A stretch of DNA of 64,000 bases from Octopus sinensis (GCF_006345805.1 NC_043021.1:15066001-15130000); one strand, 5' to 3'; counted from the first letter of the stretch, positions 25,316 to 37,858 are shown. The notes: generated from the letters alone by a model not told the origin. Numbers and translations: made by a program.

Positions 25316-25591
25316 CAGTATTAAAATAAGAGCTAGTAATAGTTTCATGCCATGGAGACATGATAATTCAGTAGATTTATATAATGTGCTTTGTGCCTCC
25401 AAGCAGTGTTTCAGGTTCACTGCACATGATTAGTCCTTCACCAGCATCCTGGTTTCCAAAATAACATTAACCATGGATAATAAACCTGGAAGATTGCTTG
25501 GGGACACAAAGCTGAAAGCACATTATATAAATCCGCTGAATTACTGTGAGTATCCATGACATGAAACTGTTATTAGTTCTTATTTTAATAC
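25316..25591. mobile_element. Foldback/MITE with ~85-bp imperfect TIRs (TA|CAGTATTAAAATAAG..., Tc1/pogo-like end)
   Basis: gtattaaaataag/cttattttaatac and gatttatataatgtgcttt/aaagcacattatataaatc are perfect inverted pairs. Confidence 0.75.
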
Positions 25592-25921
25592 TCATCATCA
25601 TCATCATCATTTAACGTCTGCTTTCCATGCTGGTATGGGTTGGAAGGTTTTGACAGGAGCCGGCCAGGTAAAAGACTTCACCAGACTTCTGTGTCTGTTT
25701 TGGCAGGGTTTTTATGGCTGGGTGCCCTTCCTAACACCAACCACCAAGTAGAGTGGACTGGGTGCTTTTTATGTGACACCAGCACAGGCAAGGTCAGTTT
25801 TGGCAAGGTTTTTACAGCTGGATGCTTTTCAAAATGCCAACCACTTCACAGTATGAACTGGATGCTTTTTACTTGGCATTGAATTGTATGTTTGTGTGTA
25901 GGTGTGGGTGTATATATGGCT

Positions 25922-26140
25922 GTCATCATCATTTAACGTCCGCTTTCCATGCTAGCATGGGTTGGACGATTTGACTGAGGGCTGGCAAACCAGATGGCTG
26001 CACCAGGCACCAATCTTGATCTGGCAGGGTTTCTATGGCTGGATGCCCTTCCTAACACCAACCACTCCGAGAGTGTAGTGGGTGCTTTTACGTGCCACCG
26101 GCACTGGCAACAGCAGACTGACCCTCGTGCCAGTGGAACG
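25922..26140 (-). mobile_element. (GAT)n-tailed RTE 3' repeat
   Basis: catcatttaacgtccgctttccatgctagcatgggttggacg signature. Confidence 0.8.
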
Positions 26141-26789
26141 TATAAGCACCCATACATGCATATATGAGTGTGTGTATAAGATTGTGTCTTTGTGTCTCCT
26201 TGTCTTGACTTTACCTAATAGTTGTAAATGAGTGTCACTGTCATACAAGCGGTGTCATTCACTTCCAATATTCTGCAGAAATATGTTTAGGTATGAGGAA
26301 ATATTACCTTGCTTGGAAACAGGTGATGCTGTCAAAAGAAAGGAGAGTCAGCTGTAGAATATCTCCCTTAATAAACCCTTTTGTCCCAACTCAAGCATGA
26401 AAAAGTGAATGTTGTTGTCGATATCATTATTATTATTATTATTATTATCATTATTATTATTATTATCATGTGTAGACTCTTGAGCAGTGGTTCTCAACCT
26501 TTTTAATATCCAGGCTGGATCCAAAACCTGGGTTTTCTTAGGGGCCACACCAAAAATAGTAAAACACAAGTCAATTAAAGAAAAATGTTTTATATTTATC
26601 GAGGGATCCTGGAACCAGGCTACCGAAAGTCCTGAGGAACACTGTTACTTATCACTTAAATAAAATAACATCTTCACTTCATAAAACATTGCTTTGTATT
26701 CTTTCTTTTTGTTTTTACTTCTTTTTTGCTATACCTGGATGGGTCGGATGGGTACACGGTGCTTGGGTTATATTTGACAGTTTGCTTTG

Positions 26790-28120
26790 GCAAAGAATGT
26801 ATCCCTCAACATAGGCTAGTAGTTAGCGACTTCAGGATCAGGGCTAAATGGATGGCCAGAAGACAACCAGCTTGGAGGAGAAGGGTCTGGAAGCTTCAAG
26901 ATCCTGCAAATGGACAGAGATTTACAGACATATTATTCGAAGCCTTTGACAAGATAGAAGGGGATATAGCATCACATGATGTGAAAGACAACTGGAGGTT
27001 TCTACAGAACAACCTGCTGAGAGTCACTGACCAGATCTGTGGATGGTGCAATGTCGCTTCTTGACCCAAGGTAACTTGGTGGTGGAACAATGTGGTTGAG
27101 AAGGCTATTAGAGAAAAGAAACAGGACTGGAAGAACGGTGGTAGCAGGGAATTGTATCAGACTGCCAGAAAGGAAGCTAGGAGTCAGGTTTATTTAGGCA
27201 GAGGGGAAGTAGATAAGAAAAAGTTTGCCAATGTTCTGCACCGCGAGGGCCAAAGACTTGAAGTATTTCATGTTGCAAGACAGTGTGCGAGAGAGTATTG
27301 TGATGTCATAGGAGAGAAATGTATCCACATGGATAATGGTTCACTTGCACTAAATGAGGCTGCAAAGAGAGAGGTTTGGAGACGCCACTATGAAAGGTTG
27401 CTCAATAAAGAGAATGAATGGGAGAAAGAAGGGTCTGCTGAATGTCAACCCAACTGAAGCAATGACTAGTGACCGAGACCTTTGGAAATATGCTGTGTTT
27501 GAGAAGAACCAGCAAGCCAAGTGAGACCATAACCTGTGGCTTATGTCAGTGATGTAACCAGCCCACTTATGCGTACTTTTCCTTCATTGGACACTAAACT
27601 CTGCTTGTGGAGACCTGTTGAGGCAAGTGAAATCAAAATCAAATTCGATGACTGGCATCCGTGCTAGTGGAGTGCTAAGAGCACCATCCGAGTGTGATCG
27701 TTGCCAGGGCTACTGACTGGCTCTCATGCCGGTGGCATGTAAAAAGCACCATTTGAGTGTGATTGTTACCAGTGTTGCCTTACTGGCATTTGTGCCAGTG
27801 GCACGTGAAAAACAACATTCAAGCGAAATTGTTGCCAGTGCCACTGGACTGGCTCCTGTGCAGGTGGCACATAAAAGACACCATTTGAGCGTGGCCATTG
27901 CCAATACCACCTAACTGGCCCTCGTGCTGGTGGCACTTAAAAGCACCCACTACACTCTCGGAGTGGTTGGCGTTAGGAAGGGCATCCAGCTGTAGAAACT
28001 CTGCCAGATCAGATTGGAGCCTGGTGCAGCCATCTGGCTCGCCAGTCCTCAGTCAAACCGTCCAACCCATGCCAGCATGGAAAGCGGACATTAAACGATG
28101 ATGATGATGATGATGATGAT
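26790..28120 (+). mobile_element. RTE LINE derivative: end of APE domain and linker fused directly to the ORF C-terminus and 3' UTR (RT missing)
   Basis: ECIPQHRLVVSDFRI...KVTWWWN...AKREVWRRHYERLLNKENEW, then TEAMTSDRDLWKYAVFEK, then UTR ending (GAT)n at ~28120. Confidence 0.85.
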
Positions 28121-28554
28121 GACCACCTTGCATACAATACACAATCAAATATATAATATACAGTGCAGAACAGTTTGAAATGTGTATTGCCGTTTAATTT
28201 GCCTTACAACTGCTGTCAGACAAAACCTTTAAACTGGTAACATTTCATAGAAACAAAACCATAGAACTGTTATAGAACTGTTGTTTCTGATAACAATGCC
28301 GTTGGTGTTCAAACAATTTTTCCATCTTGTTCTACAGGTTTTGCCATTCCAATAAACAAACAAAACAACAACAATAAATTTCTTTTATTTAACAATAATA
28401 GTTTCTTTAAAAGGAATATCCTAGGGATTGTTTTATGTTATGTTTTTTTTTTTTGGCGTGGTGGAGGTGGGGAGATTTTTTTTTTTTTTAGATTTGATTC
28501 GGAAAGCTATGGTGCTTAACTGGCAGACTCGATAGAATCTTGCATTTTATTTCT

Positions 28555-28625
28555 TCATGGTGTTTGTGCTGATTTACTACTTGCACTGAGATCAAATGCT
28601 GCTGAGATCACCTCTGTTTTTCTAC
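28555..28625 (-). CDS. Candidate terminal exon of an unidentified minus-strand gene
   Basis: T-rich tract then aag (exon start 28625) or tag (28621) acceptor; frame (I)KTEVISAAFDLSASSKSAQTP*; minus-strand AATAAA near 28385 followed by a GT-rich stretch. Unverified. Confidence 0.2.
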
Positions 28626-29384
28626 CTTTCAGGATTCAATAAAAAAAAAAAAAAAGGTGCCAATCGAAGGTGGATAGAGTGGTAGGACTGTAAGTATGCC
28701 GAACCAACACATGCCTTGTGGTATTTGATATGGGTCTCTGCATTCTGAGTCAATAAGAAAATAAGCATAAAATGATAATCTTTTCTCTAGGCACGAGGTC
28801 TGAAATTTTGGGGATAGGGGCTTGTTGACTACATCGACCCCACTGCTCACCTGGTACTTTATTCCTTGACCCTGATAGGATGGAAAGCAAAGTTGACCTT
28901 CATGGAATTTAAACTCAGAACATAAAGACAAATGGAATGCCACTAAGCAATTTGCCTAGCATGCCAACGATTCTGCTGGCTCACTGGCTTTTACACAAAA
29001 TGATAATCATAATGACAATAACAAGACAGGTGTGTAGTGGTGGGTTAAGAGGGTCATTTGCCTACCACATGGATTTGAGTTTATTCCCACTGCATGGAGT
29101 AAAGGGTAGAGATCCCCTTTGGTCATGAATGACCATGGAATTGCACCTAGAAAGTTCCTCTCCAAGGCACAAGTCCGAGCAAGATTGATTATGGAAGACC
29201 AGCAGTCAACCATGCATACCAGCCTCTCCTCTCCATACCACCAATGTTATCCAAGGGAAAGGCAAAAGCTGATGCAGCTTGGCACCAGTGATGTCGCAAC
29301 TCATTTCTACAGCTAAGTGAACTGGAGTAATGTGAAATAAAATGTCTTGCTCAAGAACACAACACGCACAGTCCATAACACCTT

Positions 29385-29490
29385 AGTATTTCTACAATTG
29401 TTTCATTGGAAATTTTATTTTGATATAAGCATAATGCAGTTGGTTAGATTACATAATATGTTGCATAACTCCCAACTCATCAGGCTACAA
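29385..29490 (-). ncRNA. Hammerhead-like motif with canonical core, long stem II and weak stem I
   Basis: Minus RNA CUGAUGA-GUUGG...CCAAU-GAAAC-AAUU-GUA^G; palindromic stem III ACAAUUGU. Confidence 0.5.
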
Positions 29491-30744
29491 AATGAATGAG
29501 TGAGGAGTATTTTTTTTCACTCTCCACTGCACTGAACTGATATCCTCTGCATCCAATTCATTCCCTATCTCTAATCATCTGTCACACTATTTTCACTCAG
29601 TGCACTTCCTATTCTGTCTTATTCATGTCATACTTGGATCTTACATCTCTTCCTTCCTCTCTCTCTTTCCAGGTAGGCAAGCCGTGTATTCACCTCTTCA
29701 GCAAGACACCTGTTCCTCTCCCTCTATCATAGTTTCTTTAACCTGTTTTATATTGAAACTGACCAGATCTCGCCTCTCACCTCAGCCCTACCATGTCATT
29801 CTAAAACTAAAAAATCACATCACTGAAATCTCTAAACTACAAGATAATGCATGATTAATTCAAACCATTTTAAATAAACAAACGTCACATTTGACAGAAT
29901 AATCTGAACACTAAAGGGTTATACTAACACAATAATCCAATATGAATGATCAATGCTGTCAACTGCTGAACTGTCAACTGCTGACTGTCAACTTGACAGT
30001 TCCTTATTTTATTGAAATGTGTTAGTCCACTTTGGGTCACGTGGTTGTGGTCAGGATCCTTCCACATGTATGTATATGTATATGTGTGTATTCTTGTCTT
30101 ATTAGACAGCAGTGTCTTTTGTTTCCAACCTTCTCTGGAAACATGTACAATTGTGAAGAAACATTACCTTACTTGATGACAAGAGAGATTTAATGACAGG
30201 GAGGGCATCAGGCCATAAGGAATCTGTCCCAACGAATTCCATTTGACCCATGCAAGTATGGAAGAGCAAACATTGATGATTATAATGAAGGTTTGGGCTC
30301 ACTCCTGAGGCTGTGGTAGAAAATGCCTTTCCATAGTGCAGTGCGATGAAATTGAACTGGAAACCATGTAGACGAGAAGCCCCTCCATGACATGGTCATG
30401 ACTTTTTGGCTCATGGTGTGGTGGTGTTGGTGGTGGTGACGTATGGGGATGGAATTGAATTGAATCGTCTGTTGTGGTGGTGGTGGGGGTACTTTGAAAG
30501 AGAGAAGTGCAAGAGGGGAGAGGGGTGGCGTATATAAATAAAAGAATAAATCAGGCGGAAAATTCATTCACTTCTCTCTCTCTCTCCCTCTCTCTCTTTC
30601 TCTCTCACTCTTACTCTCTTTTTCCTATTCTTTTCTCTCATTTGCATATGCAATCATGCACTCATATACAGACACAAAGGAACACGCCCATCATCATCAT
30701 CATCATCACCTGTGTATATATATATATATCGAACCAAATCAAAA

Positions 30745-31233
30745 TAGATGAACATCAATGGAATTTGTATCCTTGCGGTACCAGTGCCGGTGGCACATAA
30801 GAAAACCATCCAAACGTGATCGTAGCCAGTACCACAACGACTGGCCTCCGTGCTGAGGACACATAACAAACACCATCCGAGCGTGGCCGTCCGCCAGCCC
30901 CATCTGGCACCTGTGTCGGTGACACATAAGAAAACACCATCCGAGCGTGGCCGTCAGCCAGCCTCGTCTGGCACCTGTGTCGGTGGCACATAAAAAACAC
31001 CATCCGAGCGTGGCCGTCTGCCAGCCTCGTCTGGCACCTGTGTCGGTGGCACATAAAATCACCCACTACACTCTCGGAGTGGTTGGCGTTAGGAAGGGCA
31101 TCCAGCTGTAGAAACACTGCCAGATCTGACTGGCCTGGTGCAGCCTTCGGGCTTGCCAGACCCCAGTTGAACCGTCCAACCCATGCTAGCATGGAAAGCG
31201 GACGTTAAACGATGATGATGATGATGATGATGA
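30745..31233 (+). mobile_element. (GAT)n-tailed RTE 3' repeat with 63-64 bp internal units
   Basis: ccatccgagcg at 30873, 30937 and 31000; tail gttaaacgatgatgat. Confidence 0.85.
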
Positions 31234-31289
31234 TATATACACACACAAATACACACATGGACGCACAGCCTCTTACACACACGCACACA

Positions 31290-31360
31290 TATTTATATAT
31301 ATCGATGATGGTTTTATATATATATATATAATATATATATATATTATATATATATATATT

Positions 31361-31427
<67 letters not shown>

Positions 31428-31585
31428 ATTTATATATATATATATATTTATTTATATATATATATATTTATATATATTATATATTTATATATATATATAT
31501 TTATGTATTATATATATTATATATTTATATATATATATATTTATGTATATATATATATATATATATATTTATGTATATATATATT

Positions 31586-31620
<35 letters not shown>

Positions 31621-31652
31621 GTATATATATATGTATATATATATATATATGT

Positions 31653-31705
<53 letters not shown>

Positions 31706-31739
31706 CATCATCATCATCATCGTTTAACGTCATATACAT

Positions 31740-31785
<46 letters not shown>

Positions 31786-31786
31786 C

Positions 31787-31818
<32 letters not shown>

Positions 31819-32030
31819 ATCTATATATATATAGATGTATTTGTATGTATGTATATCTATATATAAATGTATTTGTATGTATGTATATCTATATATATAT
31901 AAATGTATTTGTATGTATGTATATCTATATATATATAAATGTATTTGTATGTATGTATATCTATATATATATAAATGTATTTGTATGTATGTATATCTAT
32001 ATATATATAAATGTATTTGTGTGTATGTAT
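31290..32030. repeat. (TA)n/(TATG)n compound microsatellite
   Basis: Direct inspection. Confidence 0.95.
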
Positions 32031-32607
32031 GTACACATACACACATAGAGCCACAGAGAAGAAAGGATATTCTTTCTGTTAATGGCTAGAATATTGATGT
32101 ATATAAAAGAGGAAAATATATTATTTATGAAAAATAAGGGAAGATAATTGGACCTTGTTCTGTTTATTTCTGTCTTCATCGATTTACCGACAGGTTATTT
32201 ATATACACTCACACAAATATATACATATGTATGTATGTATGTATGTATGTGATGCGTGTGTATATGTATGTGTGTATGTATGTAATATATGTAATAACAA
32301 ATGTATAATGTAGGTATGTGTGTGTAAATGTAATGTATGTATATTATGTATGCAATGTCTGTATATGTGTGTGAATGTATGTAATATATGTAATAATGAA
32401 TGTATAATGTAGGTATGTGTGTATAAATGTAATGTATGTATATTATGTATGCAATGTGTGTATATGTGTGTGTGAATGTATGTAATATCTGTGTGTGTGT
32501 GTGTGTGTGTGTATTTACTGTGTCTGAAGTTTATTTAGATTCAATAAAAAATATTTATGTGAAAGTAAGAAATCTGAAATACACACACACACCCACACAC
32601 ACAAACA

Positions 32608-32644
<37 letters not shown>

Positions 32645-32792
32645 GTTGTTTCTTATCGACCAAACATCCATACATTCACCAATTCACCAAATAAGGTTCC
32701 TATGTTCCTCTACGCTATATTTGGATCAGTCGTTTTAGCTTCATGTTAATCTAATCCTTTCTTAAAACGCTAAGAACCTCGTTGTGGCTTAC

Positions 32793-32851
32793 ATCTCGTA
32801 TTCTATTGCATCTGATGAACGGGAACAATAGGTTAAAGGTAAACTACCGTT
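32793..32851 (-). CDS. Candidate internal exon (59 nt) of an unidentified minus-strand gene: NGSLPLTYCSRSSDAIEYE
   Basis: Strong acceptor tagcattctttcccag, donor GAT|gtaagcc; only one frame is open. No homology recognised. Confidence 0.35.
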
Positions 32852-32930
32852 CTGGGAAAGAATGCTAATTCAAAGAGGGAATAGCTTCTTTTAATAGAGA
32901 GACCGAACTTTGTGTTGTGAGCAAAAGAAA

Positions 32931-33158
32931 TATGAGGTGGGAAGGGGGTGCTAAAAATTTCCTGGTTTTAAGGGTATCCTTAAAGGCCCAGTTGGAGGCC
33001 CAACCTTCCAAGTTCTTTTACAGCTCTTAGGAAGACTGAAGGACCTCTGTAATAAGTGTGTGAATCTGAGAGAGGAATATGTTGAATAAAATCATAATTA
33101 ACTGATCCTTCTGGATTTTTTTTTACCCAAAGCCAGAGAGTTTTCAGCACCCCTCATA
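32931..33158. mobile_element. Mariner-derived MITE (second partial copy 33175-33345, followed by a pogo/Tigger-like end at 33346)
   Basis: TIR ggggtgctaaaaatttcctggttt / aagccagagagttttcagcacccctcata, TA flanks; internal remnant KCVNLREEYVE* of a mariner ORF end. Confidence 0.75.
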
Positions 33159-34359
33159 TATAATATATACATTAGGAGGTGCTGAAAAGTTCCTGGCTTT
33201 AAGGATATCATGAAAGGCCTGGTTGGAAGCCAACTTTTCAGGTTCTTTTACAGGGCTTAGAAAAACTGAAGGACCACTAGAATAAGTGTGTGAATTTGAA
33301 AGGGGAACATGTTGAATAAATTCATAATTAACTGATCCTCCTGTACAGTAATGCCTTGACTATCGCGAGTGTTATGTTCCAAAAAACCCTGTGATTGGTG
33401 AAAATCTGCAAAGTAGAAATAGTGCTGTACAGTATGTTTTTATAATTTGTATATATTTATTTTATCATGCATGCAAAGCAACACCAAGGAGGAATTGACA
33501 TAAGCTTAAATAATAAACCACAATAAGTGGTTTGAATGATTATTCTGGAGCATATTCACCATCTACTTCAATTACTGCTTCCCATTTGCTTAGCAGATGG
33601 TCAGACCATCACTTAAAGATGTTTTTGTTGAATAAAATTTGTTGGAAAAAAGCCACAGTAATTATGCACCAACCCAATATATATATATATGTAGGTATGT
33701 ATTTATGTATGTATATGTGTGTATATATATAAATATTTGCTCTCTACTTTGTCCATTTATGATGAGGACACATTTTTATTTGGGCGGTGGGGGGAAATTA
33801 AAACGCTGTTTTAAGTACTGTAGTGGCTGGAATGGATTTTCGTTATATGTGTGTCTCATAAGAGTTGACCCGGGGTTAAACAACCACAACACAATTTCTC
33901 CTATCAGATCCAGACAAATATGAATCACACATCCACACAAAAATAGATTCATTGATTGCTAAACTTGGCTCAGGACACTCTCTGCCGGGTTCCCAATCAA
34001 CTGCTATAAATCTTGAAGAATAAAGCATAATGCCGCACACCAAGCAAATCCATCTGATTCATCTGTCTGAACTCTAACAGTCTCATTATTTATTCTGAAG
34101 CGATGCTTGCGAACTGCGGATTCGCTTCATGAAAATTTAATCATAATCCTCATTGTCATTATCATTATCTTTGTTATCATTAGCATCTTCATTATCATTG
34201 GCATTATCTTCATTATCATCATCATCATCATTGTCCTTTTTTCATCCACTTTTCCTGTGCATGCATTGGTCAGCCAGAGTTTTGCTGATCCTCACCTGTT
34301 TCCAAGGAAAGTAATATTTTCCTGTGGCTGGACATGTTTCCCACAGAAGACTGGTAAAG

Positions 34360-34775
34360 CGGCGAGCTGGCAGAAACACTAACACGCCAAGCGAAATGCT
34401 CTGTGGTATTTCATCTGCCGCTACATTCTGAGTTCAAATTCCGCCGAGGTCGACTTTGCCATTCATCCTTTCAGGGTCAATTAAATAAGTACCAGTTATG
34501 CACTGGGGTCGATATAATCGACTTAATCCATTTGTCTGTCCTTGTTTGTCCCTTCTGTGTTTAGCCCCTTGTGGGTAATAAAGAAATAGGTATTTCATCT
34601 GCTGCTATGTTCTGAGTTCAAATTCCGCAGTGGTCAACTTTGCCTTTCATCCTTTCGGGGTCAATTAAATAAGTACCAGTTACGCACTGGGGTCGATATA
34701 ATCGACTTAATTCATTTGTCTGTCCTTGTTTGTCCCCTTGGTGTGTAGCCCCTTGTGGGCAGTAAAGAAATAAGA
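34360..34775 (+). mobile_element. SINE family A dimer
   Basis: Junction aagaaata|ggtatttcatctgc at 34581-34602. Confidence 0.85.
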
Positions 34776-36527
34776 AGACTGGTTATGAATAACACTGTTT
34801 GTAAAATATCACATGATAGTTTACATGTGTTACGTGATGTCAAGATGAGGGTAGACACAAACACATCTACATATATGTATATACATAAATATATATAAAG
34901 ACCCTAACAATATCGTTGCGCTTCAGGACCAGACTGGAATATCAGAGAAGAGACCCCACGTTTCCTTTGTGTGTCACAGAAGGTAACTAAAAGAGATTTA
35001 GGTAAGATTTGCCCTCTGACCTTGTAAAATCCTCACCAGCAATGACTACCCAAACAGACCCATGGGTTGAAGGGTTGTCACCCGAGTGTGCAGAAGCAGC
35101 ATCTAAAGGAAAAGCAGACCCCCACTCAAATGGTGGATGCAGTGATGCGCTATTACAGTGCTTGCATTCATACTGCTACCACTACGACATGTGCAAGCAT
35201 GGAAAAGTGCGGCATTAAATTGATAATGACGACAATCATAAAACTAATATTAACTTAATGAAAGGCGGTAAGGCTGGCAGAATCATTAGTGCGCCAGACA
35301 AAATGCTTAGCAGCATTTTATCTGTGTGTATGTTCTGAGTTCAAATTCCACCAAGATTGACTTTGCCTTTCATCCCTTCAAGGTCAATAAAATAAATACC
35401 AGTTGAGTACTGGGATCAATGTAATGCACTTAACCTCCACACCCCCACTTACCTGAAATTGCTGGCCTTGTGCCAAAATTTGAAACCAATATTTATTTTT
35501 TTATTGCCCACAGAGGGCTAAACGCAAAGGGGACAAACAAGGACAGACAAAGGGATTAAGTCGATTACATCAACCCCAGTGCATAACTGATACTTATCTA
35601 ATTGACCCCCAAAAGGATGGAAGGCAAAGTCGACCTCGGTGGAATTTGAACGCAGAACATACAGATGAAATGCTGCTAAGCATTTTGCCTGGCTCACTAA
35701 CGATTCTGCCAGCTTTACCGCCTTTCATTAAGTTAATATTAGTTTTATGATTGTCATCATTATCAATTTAATGCCGCACTTTTCCTCAGTGGAATTTGAA
35801 CTCAGAATGTGCAGACGGACGGAAATGTCGCTAAGCATTTCGCCTGGCTTGCTAACGATTCTGCCAGCTCACCGCCCTGTTTGAAACCAATATTAACTTA
35901 ATTAAAATAAGACTTGGACAGTTTTTATACAATGTCTTTGCTTCAGTACTAACAGTACATGTCTATATTTGGCCAGTGTTTTGCTGATGCTGGCTGGAAC
36001 CACATCTTCCATAATATATCTTGTACGATGTAGAATAGATCGTATAGTAAATTGCAACAGTGTTTGAATATAAAAAAAAGAAAAGCCTATGATCAATTGG
36101 ATTATAATGGCTTCAGATTATTGGAATTCTGTTGAGATGTACAATGCCGTTAGACTGATGACTTTCCACTGTAAGCTCTTCTCTGCACGTGTGCGTGTGT
36201 CTGTGTGAGGGATCACATGTAAGATATTTGCAGTTACTACTTGTTCACTAGTCTCACAGTTGACAGATTAGTGGTTTTGCTTTGTTGATCTCTTTTTCAC
36301 CATCTTTTTTGTTTTCTTTCCCCTCACCCCCCCCTCTTAAAAATAGCAGCAGAAATATTCGTGTGAATGAACAGGTGCACATATACGTATATATACGTAT
36401 GCACAAGCTAGGACTGTTCCAGCATGGCCTCAATTGTAATGGCTAAAATAAACTAAAGAAAACATGTGTGTGTGTCTCTATGTGTGTGTATGTATGTGTG
36501 CATGTTCACATATATTTTCAGAAATAT

Positions 36528-36760
36528 AGGGCGGCGAGCTGGCAGGAACGGTAGCACGCCGGGCGAAATGCGTAGCCGTATTTCGTCTGCCATTACGTTC
36601 TGAGTTCAAATTCCGCCGAGGTCGACTTTGCCTTTCATCCTTTCGGGGTCGATAAATTAAGTACCAGTTACGCACTGGGGGCGATGGAATCGACTTAATC
36701 CATTTGTCTGTCCTTGTTTGTCCCCTCTGTGTTTAGCCCCTTGTGGGTAGTAAAGAAATA
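36528..36760 (+). mobile_element. Young SINE family A copy with 17-bp perfect TSD
   Basis: tatattttcagaaatat at both 36511-36527 and 36761-36777. Confidence 0.92.
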
Positions 36761-36835
36761 TATATTTTCAGAAATATTAATATTAATGATACTTTCTCTC
36801 TCTCTCTCATATATATATATACACACACACATATA

Positions 36836-36869
<34 letters not shown>

Positions 36870-36873
<4 letters not shown>

Positions 36874-37268
36874 TAATCCAAACAAGAAAACACAAAAAAA
36901 CTCAACGCGAGGACATGGAACAAATATAGTATTATTGGCCGCTCAGGAAAGAAGGGAAGAAGGAGGTTTCTTTTTTTTAACGTTTCGAGTGGAGCTCTTC
37001 GTCGAAAACATAGGAGAAGGAAAGATCCAGAGAAGGGAAGACACAGATATATATATATATATATATGTACATATGTAGGTATTATAGGTACATGCATGGC
37101 TGTATGGTTAAGTTCACTTTCCAATCTCAGGGATTTGGGCTTAGTCCCATTGCATAGTACCTTGGGCAAAGGGCTCCCATTGTAGCTCTGGTGTGACTAA
37201 TGCCTTGTGAATGGATTTAGTAAGCAGAAACTGAAAGAAGCCTGTCATATATGTGTTTGTGTGTATAT

Positions 37269-37302
<34 letters not shown>

Positions 37303-37690
37303 AAGTTAATCCAAACAAGAAAACACAAAAAAACTCAACGCGAGGACATGGAACAAATATAGTATTATTGGCCGCTCAGGAAAGAAGGGAAGAAGGAGGT
37401 TTCTTTTTTTTAACGTTTCGAGTGGAGCTCTTCGTCGAAAACATAGGAGAAGGAAAGATCCAGAGAAGGGAAGACACAGATATATATATATATATATATG
37501 TACATATGTAGGTATTATAGGTACATGCATGGCTGTATGGTTAAGTTCACTTTCCAATCTCAGGGATTTGGGCTTAGTCCCATTGCATAGTACCTTGGGC
37601 AAAGGGCTCCCATTGTAGCTCTGGTGTGACTAATGCCTTGTGAATGGATTTAGTAAGCAGAAACTGAAAGAAGCCTGTCATATATGTGTT

Positions 37691-37700
<10 letters not shown>
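36870..37700. repeat. 433-bp tandem duplication (PLE-type fragment plus decayed SINE B half), bounded by (TA)n
   Basis: Identical 98-aa ORFs at 36873-37169 and 37306-37602; offset 433. Confidence 0.9.
36975..37010 (-). ncRNA. Minimal HHR-like motif with non-canonical core UCGACGA (duplicate at 37408-37443)
   Basis: Minus RNA UUU-UCGACGA-A-GAG-CUCCA-CUC-GAAAC-GUU^AAA. Confidence 0.4.
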
Positions 37701-37725
<25 letters not shown>

Positions 37726-37820
37726 CGAGAAGGTTTACCAAAATAAACAAAAGACGAAGGCAGGTGGAGTACAAACAAATAATGTATCAGTATGGCGCTC
37801 AGGAATAGAAATAAAACAAG

Positions 37821-37858
37821 TCTTTTACGTTTCGAGCCTACGCTCTTCGACAGAAAGA
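37821..37858 (-). ncRNA. Minimal type I HHR-like motif with A6U core change, inside PLE-type fragment 37725-37915
   Basis: Minus RNA UCUUU-CUGUCGA-A-GAGC-GUAG-GCUC-GAAAC-GUA^AAAGA; stem I 5 bp, stem II 4 bp, palindromic ACGU. Confidence 0.6.

Noticed and set aside
28340-28357. + strand acceptor giving an alternative DYNC2LI1 end VLPFQ*
   Set aside because: Loses the conserved ELEQ motif; no further support.
30531-30570. TATA-like tatataaata with a possible initiator tcattc
   Set aside because: Spacing is slightly long, no downstream exon was found, and such motifs are common at this AT content.
32813-32860. CUGAUGA motif on the + strand
   Set aside because: No GAAA directly closing a stem II and no NUH site; not a hammerhead.
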